A DNA stretch of 64,000 nucleotides from Callorhinchus milii (GCF_018977255.1 NW_024704743.1:42286001-42350000), one strand, 5' to 3'. Counted from the stretch's first letter, positions 1 through 12,466 are shown. Numbers and translations are program-made. The notes: generated from the letters alone by a model not told the origin.

Positions 1-430
1 ACCCACTTGGAGAAAAACACCAGTGAAGACTTGAAGGACCGAATGGCCTGTTTCTGTGCCAGGTTATGTTGCTATGGACACTATCTCTTCAAATGTCTGG
101 CTTTTGGGGAAGAAGTATCCCAGAGCTACATTTTGCATCTCGAATCTTTCTTTCTTCAGTTAGTCCGTAAGAAGGCGAAGTCTTGCTACAGCTGTGTTCT
201 AAAACGTGGTTCAGCTAAACTTTTATACAGCAGTCCTTTGTTGTAACAGCATGTTTTGGATTTGATTATTCTCAGTCAGGAACAATTAGGTTTTCAAATC
301 TACCGTGAACTATAGTTGTAAGACTAATGAAGAATTAAATTTATTAAACCATCAAAAATGTTGAATGTTTTTCCTCCCTTCCTCCCCAGGTGTCCCTCCA
401 TTCCTTCCTTCTCTTATATAAGATAGTGAT

Positions 431-750
431 ATAATAATAATAATAATCCTTGCATTTGATATAGCGCTTTTCACGTCGGGAGGACGTCCCAAAGCACTTC
501 ACAGAATACACTGTAAAGTGAACTGACTGTATATTTGTCGGCGAATGCGGCAGCCAATTGCACACAGCAATTTCCCACAAACAGTCGTAGATTGAAAATG
601 ACCAATTTATTATTGCTTTTTTTGGTTTTTGGAGGATTATTAGGCGTGTGGAGTAAGGAAACTTGCCCAAGGTTTCGCCCTGTCTGGGATTGAACTCAGG
701 TCTCTCGCTTGCAAAGCGAGTGCTCTAACCACTGAGCTACAGGACTCCAC
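431..750 (-). mobile_element. Young tRNA-Ala-derived SINE, short form, full length
   Basis: Reverse complement gives GGAGTCCTGTAGCTCAGTGGTTAGAGC (A box), TTGCAA anticodon loop, GTTCAATCC B box, GCAATTGGCTGCC body, GACGTCCTCCCGACGT hairpin and (TTA)n tail; near-identical to 4755, 12467, 41332. Confidence 0.95.
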
Positions 751-782
751 AATTGAATGTATGTTGAATGTACAGGGACAGT

Positions 783-890
783 AAAAGTAATAATAATCCT
801 TGCATTTGATATAGTGCCTTATCATTCTTTGAGATGTCTCAATGTGCTTCACAGAATATACTGTGAAGTGTAGTGACTGTCATTGTGTAA
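783..890 (-). mobile_element. SINE 3' tail fragment
   Basis: taataatccttgcatttgatatagtgccttatc matches the SINE tail. Confidence 0.8.
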
Positions 891-892
891 GC

Positions 893-1085
893 TGTAGACG
901 TAGAATCAATTGGGATATTCAATAGGTAGATACAGTAAACAGGTACTTGGGGAGTAGGATTTTATGGAATATAAAGAAAAGGCAGAGAGATGGAATGAAA
1001 AGATTTATTATGATTTAATAAAATGTTGGAAGAGGCTCGAAGGGCCAAAGACCTCCTATAGTTCCCACGTTTCTATCTTCCTGTG
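893..1085 (+). mobile_element. Old CR1 LINE 3' end
   Basis: aggctcgaagggccaaagacctcct resembles the CR1 terminus at 16525-16560. Confidence 0.6.
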
Positions 1086-1150
1086 TTGTCTCAATGGCCT
1101 GGGAAATGTATTATGTTAACATAATCATTGAATCCAAGGAGGTGGTTGCT

Positions 1151-1899
1151 ACAACAGCAGCAGCAACAACAACAATAACAAAATTACATTTGTATAGCGC
1201 CTTTCATGTCGGGAGGAGGCCTGGACCCGAGTGGGGTTCGGGATTGGAGAGGGTGGAGAGCAGGAGGGGAAGCAGCGTGATCAAAAGCACAGTCGAAGAT
1301 AAGGGTCTTGAGATAGGTCTTGAAACAGGCAAGGGAGGGGGCGAGGTGGAGGGACTGCTGGATGGAGTTCTAGAGGGTGGGGGCTGAGTGGCAGAAGGCC
1401 CGCCCACCAATGGTGAGGTGGGCGAGGCAATAGATGTAAAGCAGGTCGGAGCCCACTGAGCAGAGGGAGCGAGCAGGATGGTAGGGAGTTAGGAGATCAC
1501 AGAGGTTGAGGGGGAGCAAGACCACGGAAGGCTTTGAAGGTGAAGACCAGGATCTTGAACTGTATCCTCTGTGTGATGGGAAGCCAGTGGAGTCGGGCGA
1601 GAATGGGGGTGATAGGGTCACGGAGCCTGGTGCGGGAGAGGACACAGGATGCAGAGTTCTGGATGATCTGCAGCCTATGGAGGGAGGAGTTGGGGAGGCC
1701 GACAAGCAAGGAGTTTGCATAGTCAAGCCTCGATGTAATGAATGCGTGTATGAGGGTTTTGGCGGCCTGAAGTGTGAGACAGTGTCGGAGCCGGGTTGAT
1801 GTTGTCGAGGTGAGGGAAGGCAGAACGGGTCATGGCATGGATGTGGGGTAGAAAGTATAGTTGAGGGTCAAACAAGACACCAAAGTGCCAGACTGGCTT
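1151..1899 (-). mobile_element. L2 LINE 3' fragment
   Basis: Minus ORF LVGLPNSSLHRLQIIQNSA..PITPILARLHWLPITQRIQFKIL (L2 ORF2 C-terminus), followed by (TTG)n tail. Confidence 0.92.
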
Positions 1900-2300
1900 A
1901 AATTGTTCTGTGCTGGTTTAGGTTATTTCAGTTAAAGCAACCCTAGTGGTGCTATGATTCACCTTTGTGCTTCTGGGCTAGAAACAGGAATAACTCAGCT
2001 ATGATCCTGTTTCTGATCACTGTCACAAGACTGCACATAAATTTGGAAGATTCTTAGATTTACCTCAATGTGGAAGCTAGTTCTTTTTACAAACAGCAGA
2101 AAACTGCCTTACAAATTAATACAGAATTAAGAATGTTATCCAATTTTGCACAATTTTACAATTTAAGATAATGAGTTCATAAGATGAGCCTAAGTGGATT
2201 CTGTGCCTCAGGTAAGAACAGGACTTAACTGTGATCTCACCCATTGACGGATAACCTACTTATTTTTAAATCTAGGCTTACATATTACAAATGATATACA
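1900..2300 (+). mobile_element. Ancient SINE (AmnSINE2-like) interrupted at ~2040-2208 by a fold-back element remnant
   Basis: ctgtgctggtttag..ctgggctag..cctgtttctgatcactg..tctaggcttacat is collinear with copies at 11340, 26165, 43270, 56265; family name from memory. Confidence 0.55.
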
Positions 2301-3927
2301 GTTTTAGGGAATGTCAGTGGACTCAAACCAAGTAAGATTTCCATTGAAGAGGGAAGAACAAATATGGAGGTGAGAGGAAATAATCTCCGAACAACTTTCT
2401 TTTTCTCCCTGTGAAACTGCTTTGTTTTCAAGGCAATGTTTGCCAGTCACAGACCAGGGACCACAGATCAGGAATATGTGGGAAGGCTAACTGCAGAGGC
2501 AAAACTGTCTCCCTACCATTCTCCAGCTCACTGCTAATGCTTCCCTAATGCATTGTGCCACCAGGTAATACTATAATAATGAATAATAATCACAGTCCCT
2601 TGCACAATGTTTTTATGATTGTACAGTTCACTCTAGTTAAGCTTGCTGTAAATTTTGCATATCTGGAGATAACTCACAAATGAGTGTTGTCGGCAGACTT
2701 GACATTTCTCATGTTTTTGAATGAGTATTTCAGTTCTACATTGCCAGCTGTTATACCTTGCTTGTAATACAACATTGATGGCAGTAATCCCATCTATTTG
2801 AAGTCCAAGCATGTAGTATTAGTAAAAGATTTCATTACTGATTTATATGCTTGTCCTGCACATAATGTTATTTATAGTTGTTTCTTTGAAAAGACTGCTT
2901 GTTGTTTATCACAATAATAAGCAGCATTCTTTTACTTCAGCCTGAATTGGCAAATGTTTTAAGTGCGTTTACTGTAGTCTATTATTCCATTAGCCGAGGG
3001 AAATCCACGGAAAATTTAAAGAAAGAGGAAATCTGCTGAGCCCACAAATCATGTTTCAATTTAGATTCGTAATGTATTTTGGACGCTTGAAAATCTTTAA
3101 AATAGAGCTCTTCTGATAGTTTTACTCTGCATTTATATTTTACATTGTGCTGGGCACAAGTCTTTTGTGGGAAAAGAGTTTTCCAGCTGATATTTTTTAA
3201 CTGTGGTTTAAAAGGTGAGGCATGAAAGCTTTCCCATTTCAAGTGCCAAATGAGTTATAGGCCAGTTAGATGCAGAATAGAATTCCCTGTGCTCTGCTGC
3301 AACAAGTGCCTCAACACTTGCCACAGAAGAGCATTTGGTACTGCACTAGATAGTCCTGTTTCTATTCCCATGCCAGCATTGCACGGCTCCTCGGAAAGAT
3401 GTTGCCAGTCTAGTGTTAGATAAAGGAGTATATATTCACTAAGAACTGGGTTGAGATAACCTAAGCCTATTTCACAATGGACCCTAATAAACAACCAAAG
3501 TACGCTTGGGAAATGAAATTCCACTTGCTGTGAAATGTAACAATTTAGACTAAGTGTGATTTTTAATGGGAATATTCCACGATAAGAGATTTTTAGGCTC
3601 TGCATCACAGAAATTCAAATGGGATCTCTTAATACTGTGACAACTCCAAATTACAAATGTAAGTATGTCATGTAGACTCACTCCATTCTCAAAGTAGATG
3701 GGATCGGAGCAGAGTTCCTATAGTCTGTGTGACACTTCTGGTTACCAGATGGAGTCCTCTTTTGTGACCTGGAGTCCTTATTCTTTAAAAAAAATCTCAT
3801 TACAAACTCATTGCCAAAATCAATACACATAATGGCAAGAGATATTTTTCATGCTTCTTTTTGTTTTCATTGTTATTTTGTTGTTTTCGTTTTACAGGAT
3901 TTGAGCAAACAAATTTTGATGTTTTAA

Positions 3928-4645
3928 TTGTTTGACTACGTCAACTGCCTGCTCACTGGGTTTCCCAACTCTTCCCTCCACAAGCTGGAGATTATTCAGA
4001 ACTCTACAGCTCGTGTCCTTTCCCGCACCAGGAACCGATCATTCCGGTTCTTACCCGGTTTGGTTGGCTCCCCATTCCTCAGAGAATCAAGTACAAAGCT
4101 CTTGTTCTCACCTTCAACAACAACAACAACAACAACAAGATTCCATTTATAAAGCGCCTTTCACGTCAGGAGGACGTCCCAAGGTGCTGCACAGTTGGGT
4201 CATGACCCGAGCAGGGGGGAAATGGTGAGGGGAGGGAAGGGAGGGAGCGAGGAGGGTCTTGCTGCCTCCTACCTCTGTGACATCCTAACCCTATATCAGC
4301 CTATCCGCTCCCTCCACTCGGAGGACATTAGCCCGCTCCATCATTGGCTGTCGGGAATACAGCGTCTCTGCCCCCACACTCTGGAACTCTATCCCACAAT
4401 CCCTCTGCCTCACCTCCTCTCTTGCCTCCAACAAGTCCCGTCTAAAGACCTTCCTCTTTGACCATGCCTTCGGCAACGCTCTCACCCCCACTGCCCTGCC
4501 CTCCACCCTCCCTGATTGTCCATCACCCTGAGACAACAACGACTTGCACTTATTTAGTGCTCTCCACACAGGGCAGCATCTCAGAGCACTTAAACATCTA
4601 ACACCAACATGAAGGGTGTTATACAAGTATAATTTGTTGTTGTTG
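3928..4645 (+). mobile_element. L2 3' fragment containing two opposite-strand L2 tail insertions (~4115-4250, ~4533-4582)
   Basis: DYVNCLLTGFPNSSLHKLEIIQNS peptide; internal (CAA)n-led reverse tails; terminal aatttgttgttgttg. Confidence 0.85.
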
Positions 4646-4754
4646 ACCAATGATAATCATTCCTCCAAATGTTACATGTATTTAACCCAGTGTGTTCATA
4701 TTTTTTTTCTTCAGGGTGATCATAGAAATAATTATTTCTTAGGGTACATTTATT

Positions 4755-5073
4755 GTGGAGTCCTGTAGCTCAGTGGTTAGAGCACTCGCTTTGCAAGTGA
4801 GAGACCTGGGTTCAATTCCAGGCAGGGCGAAACCTTGGGCAAGTTTCCTTACTCCACACGCCTAATAATAATCCCTCCAAAAACAAAATAATAATAAATT
4901 GGTCATTTTCAATCCATGACTGTTTATGGGACATTGCTGTGCGCAATTGGCTGCCGCGTTCGCCCACAAATATGCAGTCAATTCACTTTACAGTATATTC
5001 TGTGAAGCACTTTGGGACGTCTAGAAGACGTGAAAAACGCTATAGCAAATGCAAGGATTATTATTATTATTAT
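4755..5073 (+). mobile_element. Young tRNA-Ala SINE, short form, full length
   Basis: GGAGTCCTGTAGCTCAGTGGTTAGAGCACTCGCTTTGCAAGTGAGAGACCTGGGTTCAATTCC head; AAATGCAAGG(ATT)n tail. Confidence 0.95.
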
Positions 5074-5094
5074 TGCATATTTATGTTATCTCAA

Positions 5095-5280
5095 TCATTC
5101 CACCTTGCCTTCTCCTTCCCTGTCTTCAGATCACACCTGAAGACCTTTCTCTTGGACCGGGCCTATGGTAACCTCCCCCTCTCTCCCTGGCTTGGCGTCA
5201 ACCGCTGCCACTGTTAAATACTTTGAGATGCTACCCCACTTGAAGGACACTATATAAATGCAAATTGTTGTTGTTGCTGT
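5095..5280 (+). mobile_element. L2 3' UTR/tail
   Basis: cacctgaagacctttctcttggaccgggcc..tataaatgcaaattgttgttg. Confidence 0.8.
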
Positions 5281-5283
5281 TAT

Positions 5284-5475
5284 CATGAGAAGGTAATGGT
5301 GGACCCTGTCTTTAAACTACTGCAGGCCTTGTAAAGGTGATGCTTCCACAACGGTATTCGATTGCAAGTTCCAGGATTTTGACCCAATGATGATGAAGAA
5401 ATGCCAATGAATGTCCAGTTCATATTGTTAAGTGACTTGTAAGGGAACTTGGAGATGATGTTATTTCCATAATAG
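5284..5475 (-). mobile_element. Old CR1-clade LINE 3' fragment
   Basis: gagaaggtaatggtg..agttccaggattttgaccca..gggaacttggagatg resembles a shark LINE 3' end (recalled). Confidence 0.55.
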
Positions 5476-5544
5476 CCATAAGAGTAATCCACTGTGAATA
5501 ATACACTAAAACACATGAGTCTTAATAATACTAATTTTTTGGGG

Positions 5545-5785
5545 GGGTTGTTGACCCCAATGAGAGAACCCCTCTTCTTTTTGATAAGTGCCATGGGATC
5601 TCTAAAGTTTAACTGAACAGGCAATTGGGATCTTAATTTAACATCTCATCCAGAGTACAGCACGCCCAACAATGCAGCGTACACTGAGCACTGCATTGGT
5701 GTGTTCACCAAAAATATCTGATTTCAAAGTCCTGATGTGGGTCCTCATTCCAAAGCCTTCTGACTCAGAGATGAGAGTGTTCTGT
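5545..5785 (-). mobile_element. Old DeuSINE (SacSINE1-like), 5' half
   Basis: gtgccatgggatc..tttaacatctcatcc..ccttctgactcagagatgagagtg is the reverse complement of the 40283/50622 elements. Confidence 0.7.
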
Positions 5786-8428
5786 GCTGTCCACCAATTC
5801 CACCAAGCAGATTATTCAAGCCATTAGATGTTTCTTGGAGCCAGGGTGGCACACAGAATCTATTAGTTCTTTGCACGGGCAACATTTTTTCAGGAGAAAT
5901 AAACAAGCCTGATCTTTCAATAGATATTATCTCTCTCCTACTTCCCTGGTGTAATCCAATGCTCCATAGTGTTCATTGCTCCATAGTTACAAGAAAAGCC
6001 ACACCAAATAATGTAGTCCTGCCAACCAGTTTGGTTTGTGTGTTTGACAGGATAAAGCAACTTTGGCAATGAGCCTTCCTATTTTTGCACTGTTGTTTCA
6101 TCGTTCTGAGAAGAGATTAGTAAAATTGGTGTTAATTGGGATAGCACTCCTGTGACGAACACATTTTACTGATAAGAGACACTGTGAAGCATTACATTGA
6201 AGTTGAATGTTATTTATTTGTCCAGTTAGTTATTGTAATGTGTTATTTCCCCCTCTCTTGAGCTGTATCCCAAGCTGAAGAGCAGGGCTACTGACAATGG
6301 TTATCTATCCCCAGCTGCAGGGAGGAACACTGAAAGTGGCCTGTGGTGAACACTGTTTTATTTTCTCTACTGGGAGAATGCTGTCACTACCATTAACAGT
6401 GGCACTGGTGAGATAGGAAAATCACGGTATGTAGTGTCATGGGTGTGACCCATACCTTGTGGATCAACATCATATGACGGCTGCAGTGGGTTGACCTCCC
6501 ATGTTTCTGCCTTAACACAATTTATACTCATACACAAGTATACATCCACATTTTATATAAAGATTAAAAAGAATGTACAAGAGCGAAACAGACCACTTGG
6601 CCCAACCAGCCCATATTGGTATTTATACTCCACATGAGTCTTCACCCATTCCTTACTCCCAGGCACTCAGACACACTTGCACTCACACACAAATCAATGC
6701 ACAAACACCAATATTGTCACCAGCAGTAGGGCAATGTACTACAAGGCCTATCCACTGCTTCCCAGTCCAGAAATTACTGGCTAATCAAAACATCACTGCT
6801 AATCGCTATGTTCACCTCAATAATACATTCAGTATAAAGGTTTAAACAAATATTTTTTCTTCAGTATAAAGAAGTTTTTCCATTTAATAAACAAATTAGC
6901 ACAAAAATGGAATAAACGTTAATACAAAACAATTGACATAGTTAACTTATAGTAAAATTATAGTAAATTGGCTACGAAACCATAACCTATTGAAGAATAT
7001 CAACAAGAAAAGCAAAGAAGACAATTAACCTTAATTACCTCTGAAAATTATTAATTAGCATCTTGCTGGAAATGAACCAATAAATGAACCAGATGGGTGT
7101 GGCTAAGGCTAGCGGGATCCGGAGTATTTTATTTCCTATTTTTTGTAATATTGTGATTGTTTCCTATCACTAACAATAAGCGATGGGCTTGTCTGACATA
7201 AAATGAAGGAAATACTGTATTCCATGACTTGACCTTCATTTGTTCTTCATGAACAAAATAAATGGTTAATCTCTCACGGACGACACATACTGCTATTGCT
7301 CCTTATGAATCAGGGCTTTGGCCAGGTTGCTATCAGATTTAAAATCACCCATTTAAAAGCCACCAGCTGGCCAATGATGATAAATAACCCTTTCCTGAAT
7401 CCTCCTGATTGATGAACCAACAGCAACTACACAGAACTTTTCTACTTCATACGAAATGTGCATTGAATAAAGATACTGCTAGTAGTCCTGGGATTACGGG
7501 TTAAAAGAATAACTCACTTGATGTTTTGATTCAATTCAAGTGTGGTCTAATTTTAGTGTACACCCATCCTTTTGTAATGCAGTCCCAGGGAGTCAAGCAT
7601 TTTATTGTTATAATGAGGTGTTTGCTCTAGAGAATTTACTACTACTTAGCAATAAGATGTAATATTAAATATTCAGGAGTTAAGGTCCAGTTGCAACATA
7701 ATAGGAATGTGGGTTTATTTCTCATTGAAATTACTGGGCTGTGTTAAATGAAATGCTCTCCTATAGATATGGGACTATTTATATGTTTGCTGATGGAAAC
7801 CAATGATCAGTGGAAAAGGTGGCTTGTGAAGTGAGTAGTCAGGACTCTAACACGTAAGTTACAGAGTGGACTGAACCTATTGATTTACAAGAATGAATGG
7901 AGTTTAGTCTTCACTTTGAGAGTAGTTTTGTTAACTCTAAATGGGAATGTTCAAGTTGAATGCTAAATTAATCAAATCAAAAAGAACAGACTCCTCCTAC
8001 AGTTATCCCAGACAACCTCACCCAGCTGCTTTTATTTATATCGTCACCCAAAGCTATCATGCCATCGTGAAACCAACTGGCACACCTCCCATCACAGAAT
8101 TCCCAGATTTTCAACCAGTGTTACCCAAACTAGTAAGGAAATGTTGAAATTTGCAAAGGCTCCATTTCCCTGTTTTCAACACTGAGAATTGTATCAGTTT
8201 CCATCTCCAGGCCCTTGAATGAGATAAATATCACATGGCTGCAGATTTCACCCACTATTCTCCTCTAGATCTCTTTCAAACTGTTATTAAAATTGAGCTA
8301 TGCATACATTTTTACCTCTTCAACTGCCTATTGTCACCACCGCCCCCACCCGCCTACCGTACTCTCCTTCTGTTGTGCAGCACTCTGATATGCTATCCTG
8401 TGTGAAGGATGCTATCTAAAGTGTGAAG

Positions 8429-8796
8429 GTGGTGTCCTGTATCTCAGTGGTTAGAGCACTCACGTCGCAAGCAAGAGACGTGAATTTGATTCACGGCAGA
8501 GCGAAATGTTGGGTAAGTTTCCTTACTCCACACACCTGTTTACCCAGCAAAGTAGGAACCCGGTTGTTAGTCGATTGGCGGATTGCTTTTCCAGGAGTAG
8601 TAATTGAAAAAAAGTAATAATAATAAATTAGTCGCTTCAATCCATGACTGTTTGTGGGACACTGTTGTGTGCAATTGGCTGCTGGGTTTTGGCCACAAAA
8701 CATACAGTCAATTCACTTTACAGTGTATTCTGTGAAGCGCTTTGAGACATCTCAAAGATGTGATAAGGCGCTAGATCAAATGCAAAGATTATTATT
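8429..8796 (+). mobile_element. tRNA-Ala SINE, long form, full length
   Basis: Same head and tail as the short form, plus internal ctgtttacccagcaaagtaggaacccggttgttagtcgattggcgg. Confidence 0.92.
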
Positions 8797-9034
8797 GCTA
8801 TAAATAAAAGTTCTTGTTGTATGTTTGCCTTTTTTTGTACTTTGGAAAAGAAATACTTGAGAAAATGTTGCCGATTCCCCCCTCCTCTTCCTTGCTTCCT
8901 GAGCTTGATGTGCAACTAAATCTGACATCTCAGCAATCAGGAAGTTTGGAGAAATCACATAGGCTGTCAGACAATTAAATTGTGGTATTGCCACATTGCT
9001 TCCTGTGCCTCTTTGAGTCACCTCATTGGACCGT

Positions 9035-9330
9035 AGGAACATAGAAACATAGGAAAACAGGACTAGAAAGAGGCTTGTTAAGCATGTTCCACCAGTTTAA
9101 TACAGCTTGGCAGATTTTTTAATCCTATTCCTTTGCCTTTCGCCATACTGTTTAATGTCTCCACTACCCATGTATCTGCCTATCTCTCTTTTAAATATCA
9201 CTGGTGATGCCTTCTCTACATATATTTGGGCAGAGCATTTCACATCTTTACAATACTTTAGGTGAAGAAATGCATCCTGAACTCAGTTCTAACTGCCTTA
9301 GCAATGATTTTAAGACTGTGCATATTGGGA
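9035..9330 (-). mobile_element. Old CR1 3' end
   Basis: (aacatag)-type tail repeat aggaacatagaaacatagg followed by CR1-like 3' sequence. Confidence 0.65.
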
Positions 9331-10564
9331 TGGATTTATGGGTTAACAATGATTTCAGAAGTTGGCCTAATGTTAGCACATTAGCCTGAGTAATGCAACC
9401 AGTCAATTTGCAGGCTTCAGTCATCTTATTTGTTAAAATGCAAGCTTTTGGAGTCAGGCTCTAGGTAAATTGGGGTCTAAAATTTGATTTTAATTAGAAA
9501 TTTATCATGTGTCAATTTGGAATTACCTGGAAGTGGAGGGATCAAGGACCCACCAGCACCAGATACCATTCTAGAAACCTTATTCATGAATCCGGGGCCG
9601 TTTATTCAACTTCTGACTTGTGGGTTGCAGTACTTGACAGCTAGTTAGTACATGTATGACATTACTCTTTGTATTTGGTAAATGCCAACCATCCTATGAA
9701 TGGTAAATAAACCAGAGGTTGAATTTGTTAACCACCTGTTGAAAACGGTGTTGTGGGTTAATAATAATATTATTATAATAATTATCCTTACATTTAATAT
9801 AGGGCCTTGTCATATCATAGAAACATGTCAAAGAGCTTCATATGATTTTTACAGTGACTGTGTGTTTGCAGTGTTAATGAAATAGTTATTTTAATTGTAT
9901 ACATTTAACATTAAAATAACAATATTAAGATTAATAATTAATAATAATTAATAAAACTACTGGCCAATCTCAGTACTTTTTTCTAGGAACATTATGGGAA
10001 TGTGAGGCTATAGTACAGAATTATAAGGCTTTGTTCAGTATGTGCATTGATATCATAAAATAATTCTGGCTTAGGAAGAATTGAATTTCTAGGGACCTGC
10101 TGATAATATAAGCATTCAGAATTTATCAGGGTCTGTTTCTGAGCAGTGATTAAAAATGGCATTTTTTTCCATTCGGATTTTATGATGGGAAGTCCCACCT
10201 ATTAAAAGCTCGAACAAAATTATTTCTGTGTTTAGTGATCAACATGTGAAATATCCAGTTGTTGATAATGAGGAAAGCTGAACTGAGGATTGATATAAAT
10301 AATATTGTGGTGTTGTACATGTTTCCAAGGCCACATTCACAAGCTGTTTGAAAACTGTAGTAAAACCACAAGGTACTTGAAATATCCAGTAGGTCAATTG
10401 ACATTTGAAAAGAGCAATCGTTTAGTATTTCTCCAAAACATTTGGTTTTGTCTTTTTGTTCAGATTCGCAGAGCTTTGTTTCATCTCTCCCGCATAAATC
10501 ATGTCATAACACGACGACAACAACAACTTGCATTTAGTTAGCACCCTTCCTGCGGGATAGTGTC

Positions 10565-11284
10565 CCTCTCTGCCTCCGCCCTTGACTCCAGAATCATTGC
10601 TGTCCCGACAGAATGCCTGTCGTAATCAAGTCCTGGTTGAGAGCTAATTTTCTTCAGTTGAACATCAACAAGACCGAGGCCCTCCTGATTGGATCACCAT
10701 CCAAAGTTGCACACTCCACCTTACTCAGCCAGTCCAGAACCTTGGTGTCTTGTTTGACCATCAACTATCCTTTCTACCCACATTTGCATCATAAGCCGCT
10801 CTGCCTTCCCCAACCTCTGCAACATTGCCCGGCTCTGCCACTGTCTCACACCACAGGCCGTCGAAACCCTCATACACGCTTTCATTACATCGAGGCTCAA
10901 CTATGCAAACTCATTGCTTGTCGGCCTCCCCAACTCCTCCCTCCACAGGCTGCAGATCATCCAGAACTCTGCAGCCCACGTCCTCTCCCACACCAGGCCC
11001 TGTGACTCCATCACCCCCATCATTGCCCGACTCCACTGGCTTCCCATCACACAGAGGATACAGTTCAAGATCGTAGTCCTCACTTTCAAAGCCCTCCAGG
11101 GTCTTGCTCCTCCTTACCTCCTAACCCCCTACCATTATGCTCGCTCCCTCCGCTCAGCGGGCTCTGGCCTGCTTCACATCCCCCGCTTCGCTCGCTCCAC
11201 TAGTGGCGGCAGGGCTATCCAGTCCAGCGCCTTGGGACGTCCTCCCGACGTGAAAGGTGCTATACAAATGTAATTTTGTTGTTT
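10565..11284 (+). mobile_element. L2 3' fragment
   Basis: IKSWLRANFLQLNINKTEALLIG and LVGLPNSSLHRLQIIQNSAA..LHWLPITQRIQFK; tail gggacgtcctcccgacgtgaaaggtgctatacaaatgtaattttgttg. Confidence 0.93.
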
Positions 11285-11339
11285 GCGAGAGATTTCCAGA
11301 GTTTCGGGGTGACCAGAAGAAAGTAATGGAAAAAAAACA

Positions 11340-11650
11340 CTGGGCAGTCCTGATGGTGATGGTGCTGTGGATACACTTTAGCTCATGGTCCAGGAGCACG
11401 CTAGTTTGAATCCAAGTCCTTGCTGAGTTTGCTAGTCAAATTGACCTCAGTCTTCCCAGGTTTAGGGACAAGAAAGTCAGGGTTTCTGCTCCTGGTCTCT
11501 CAACAGTACCCTCTACTGGTTGTATGCCAGTACAATCTGGGTGGGGAAAGGTCAGGTTTGGCTCTGATATCCTTTACATTCTGGTGGCCATTTGACATGT
11601 GACAAGCACTGTTTGAGCCCTCACTAGTTGGATAGTAGGTACCAGGAACT
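11340..11650 (+). mobile_element. Ancient SINE (AmnSINE2-like)
   Basis: tttgaatccaag B-box-like, tgctgagttt..aattgacctcagt..cagggtttctgctcctggtc..ggtcaggtttggctctgat. Confidence 0.6.
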
Positions 11651-11829
11651 CCTGATGAACAGCACAGCTCACAATGAAATGCACGATAGCCTTGCCACTA
11701 TTTTCCTGCCCAGAGCTCGGATGCTCATCCCTACCCTTTGATTGATGGTTCTACCAGTTAGCAGTGTGAAGCTTGGGCAGCAGTTGTTTACTGCTCAAGT
11801 GGTGACCAGATCAGGTGCAGAAAGACAAA

Positions 11830-12250
11830 ATATCACTAAAAGCACTGTCGGAGAGATATGATTTAAATCAGATTCTGGAGACAGTAGGCGATGGGCAAGT
11901 CCAAGAGATGGAGTTCAAAAGAGTGGGGAAACAGGGTCTAAAGGCTCGTTCACCACTGGTGGAGCAGTGTTATAATAATAATAATAATTGGTGGGGATGT
12001 GAAGCATGTTTTTGTTTGCTGACTGGAGGGAGAGGTTGTGTTAGTAGGGTCACATGAGCTCACATATAGGGAGCGGGGAGGAGGCCATGTGAATGTGAGG
12101 TGCTTGAATTTGATCTGCTGGGGAATGAGGAGTGAGGACAAGCGAATGAGGAATCAGAGAGCTTGGCGTAGGAGAGAACATGGACTGCAGAGTCCATCTT
12201 AGGTGATGAGGATCTGAGGAGTTCAATGAGCAGAAACCAGTCAATAAATT
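11830..12250 (-). mobile_element. Old L2 fragment
   Basis: Degenerate similarity to the reverse L2 3' region (gagttc..aaggctcgttcaccactggtgg; ttgaatttgatctgctggggaatgagg). Confidence 0.55.
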
Positions 12251-12466
12251 ATATCAATAATTGGCTGCATTTTTTTTAGTGATGTGTTGCATAGCACATC
12301 ACAAGCCACAGTTTTCTCTTTAAAATCCCATGATATTTTATGTTGCAACATTCTTGCTGGGGCAGTTTTAGATCTTTAGAGGGAAAAGTTTATGAATTAT
12401 AAGCATGTATTTTAAGGGAGTGTGTCAAGGGAATAAACTCTGTCACTGTCTTTTACGGCTTCATTT

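Noticed and set aside
4757..4830. tRNA-Ala(TGC) gene
   Set aside because: Cloverleaf-like, but always continuous with a SINE body and tail in many diverged copies; it is a SINE head
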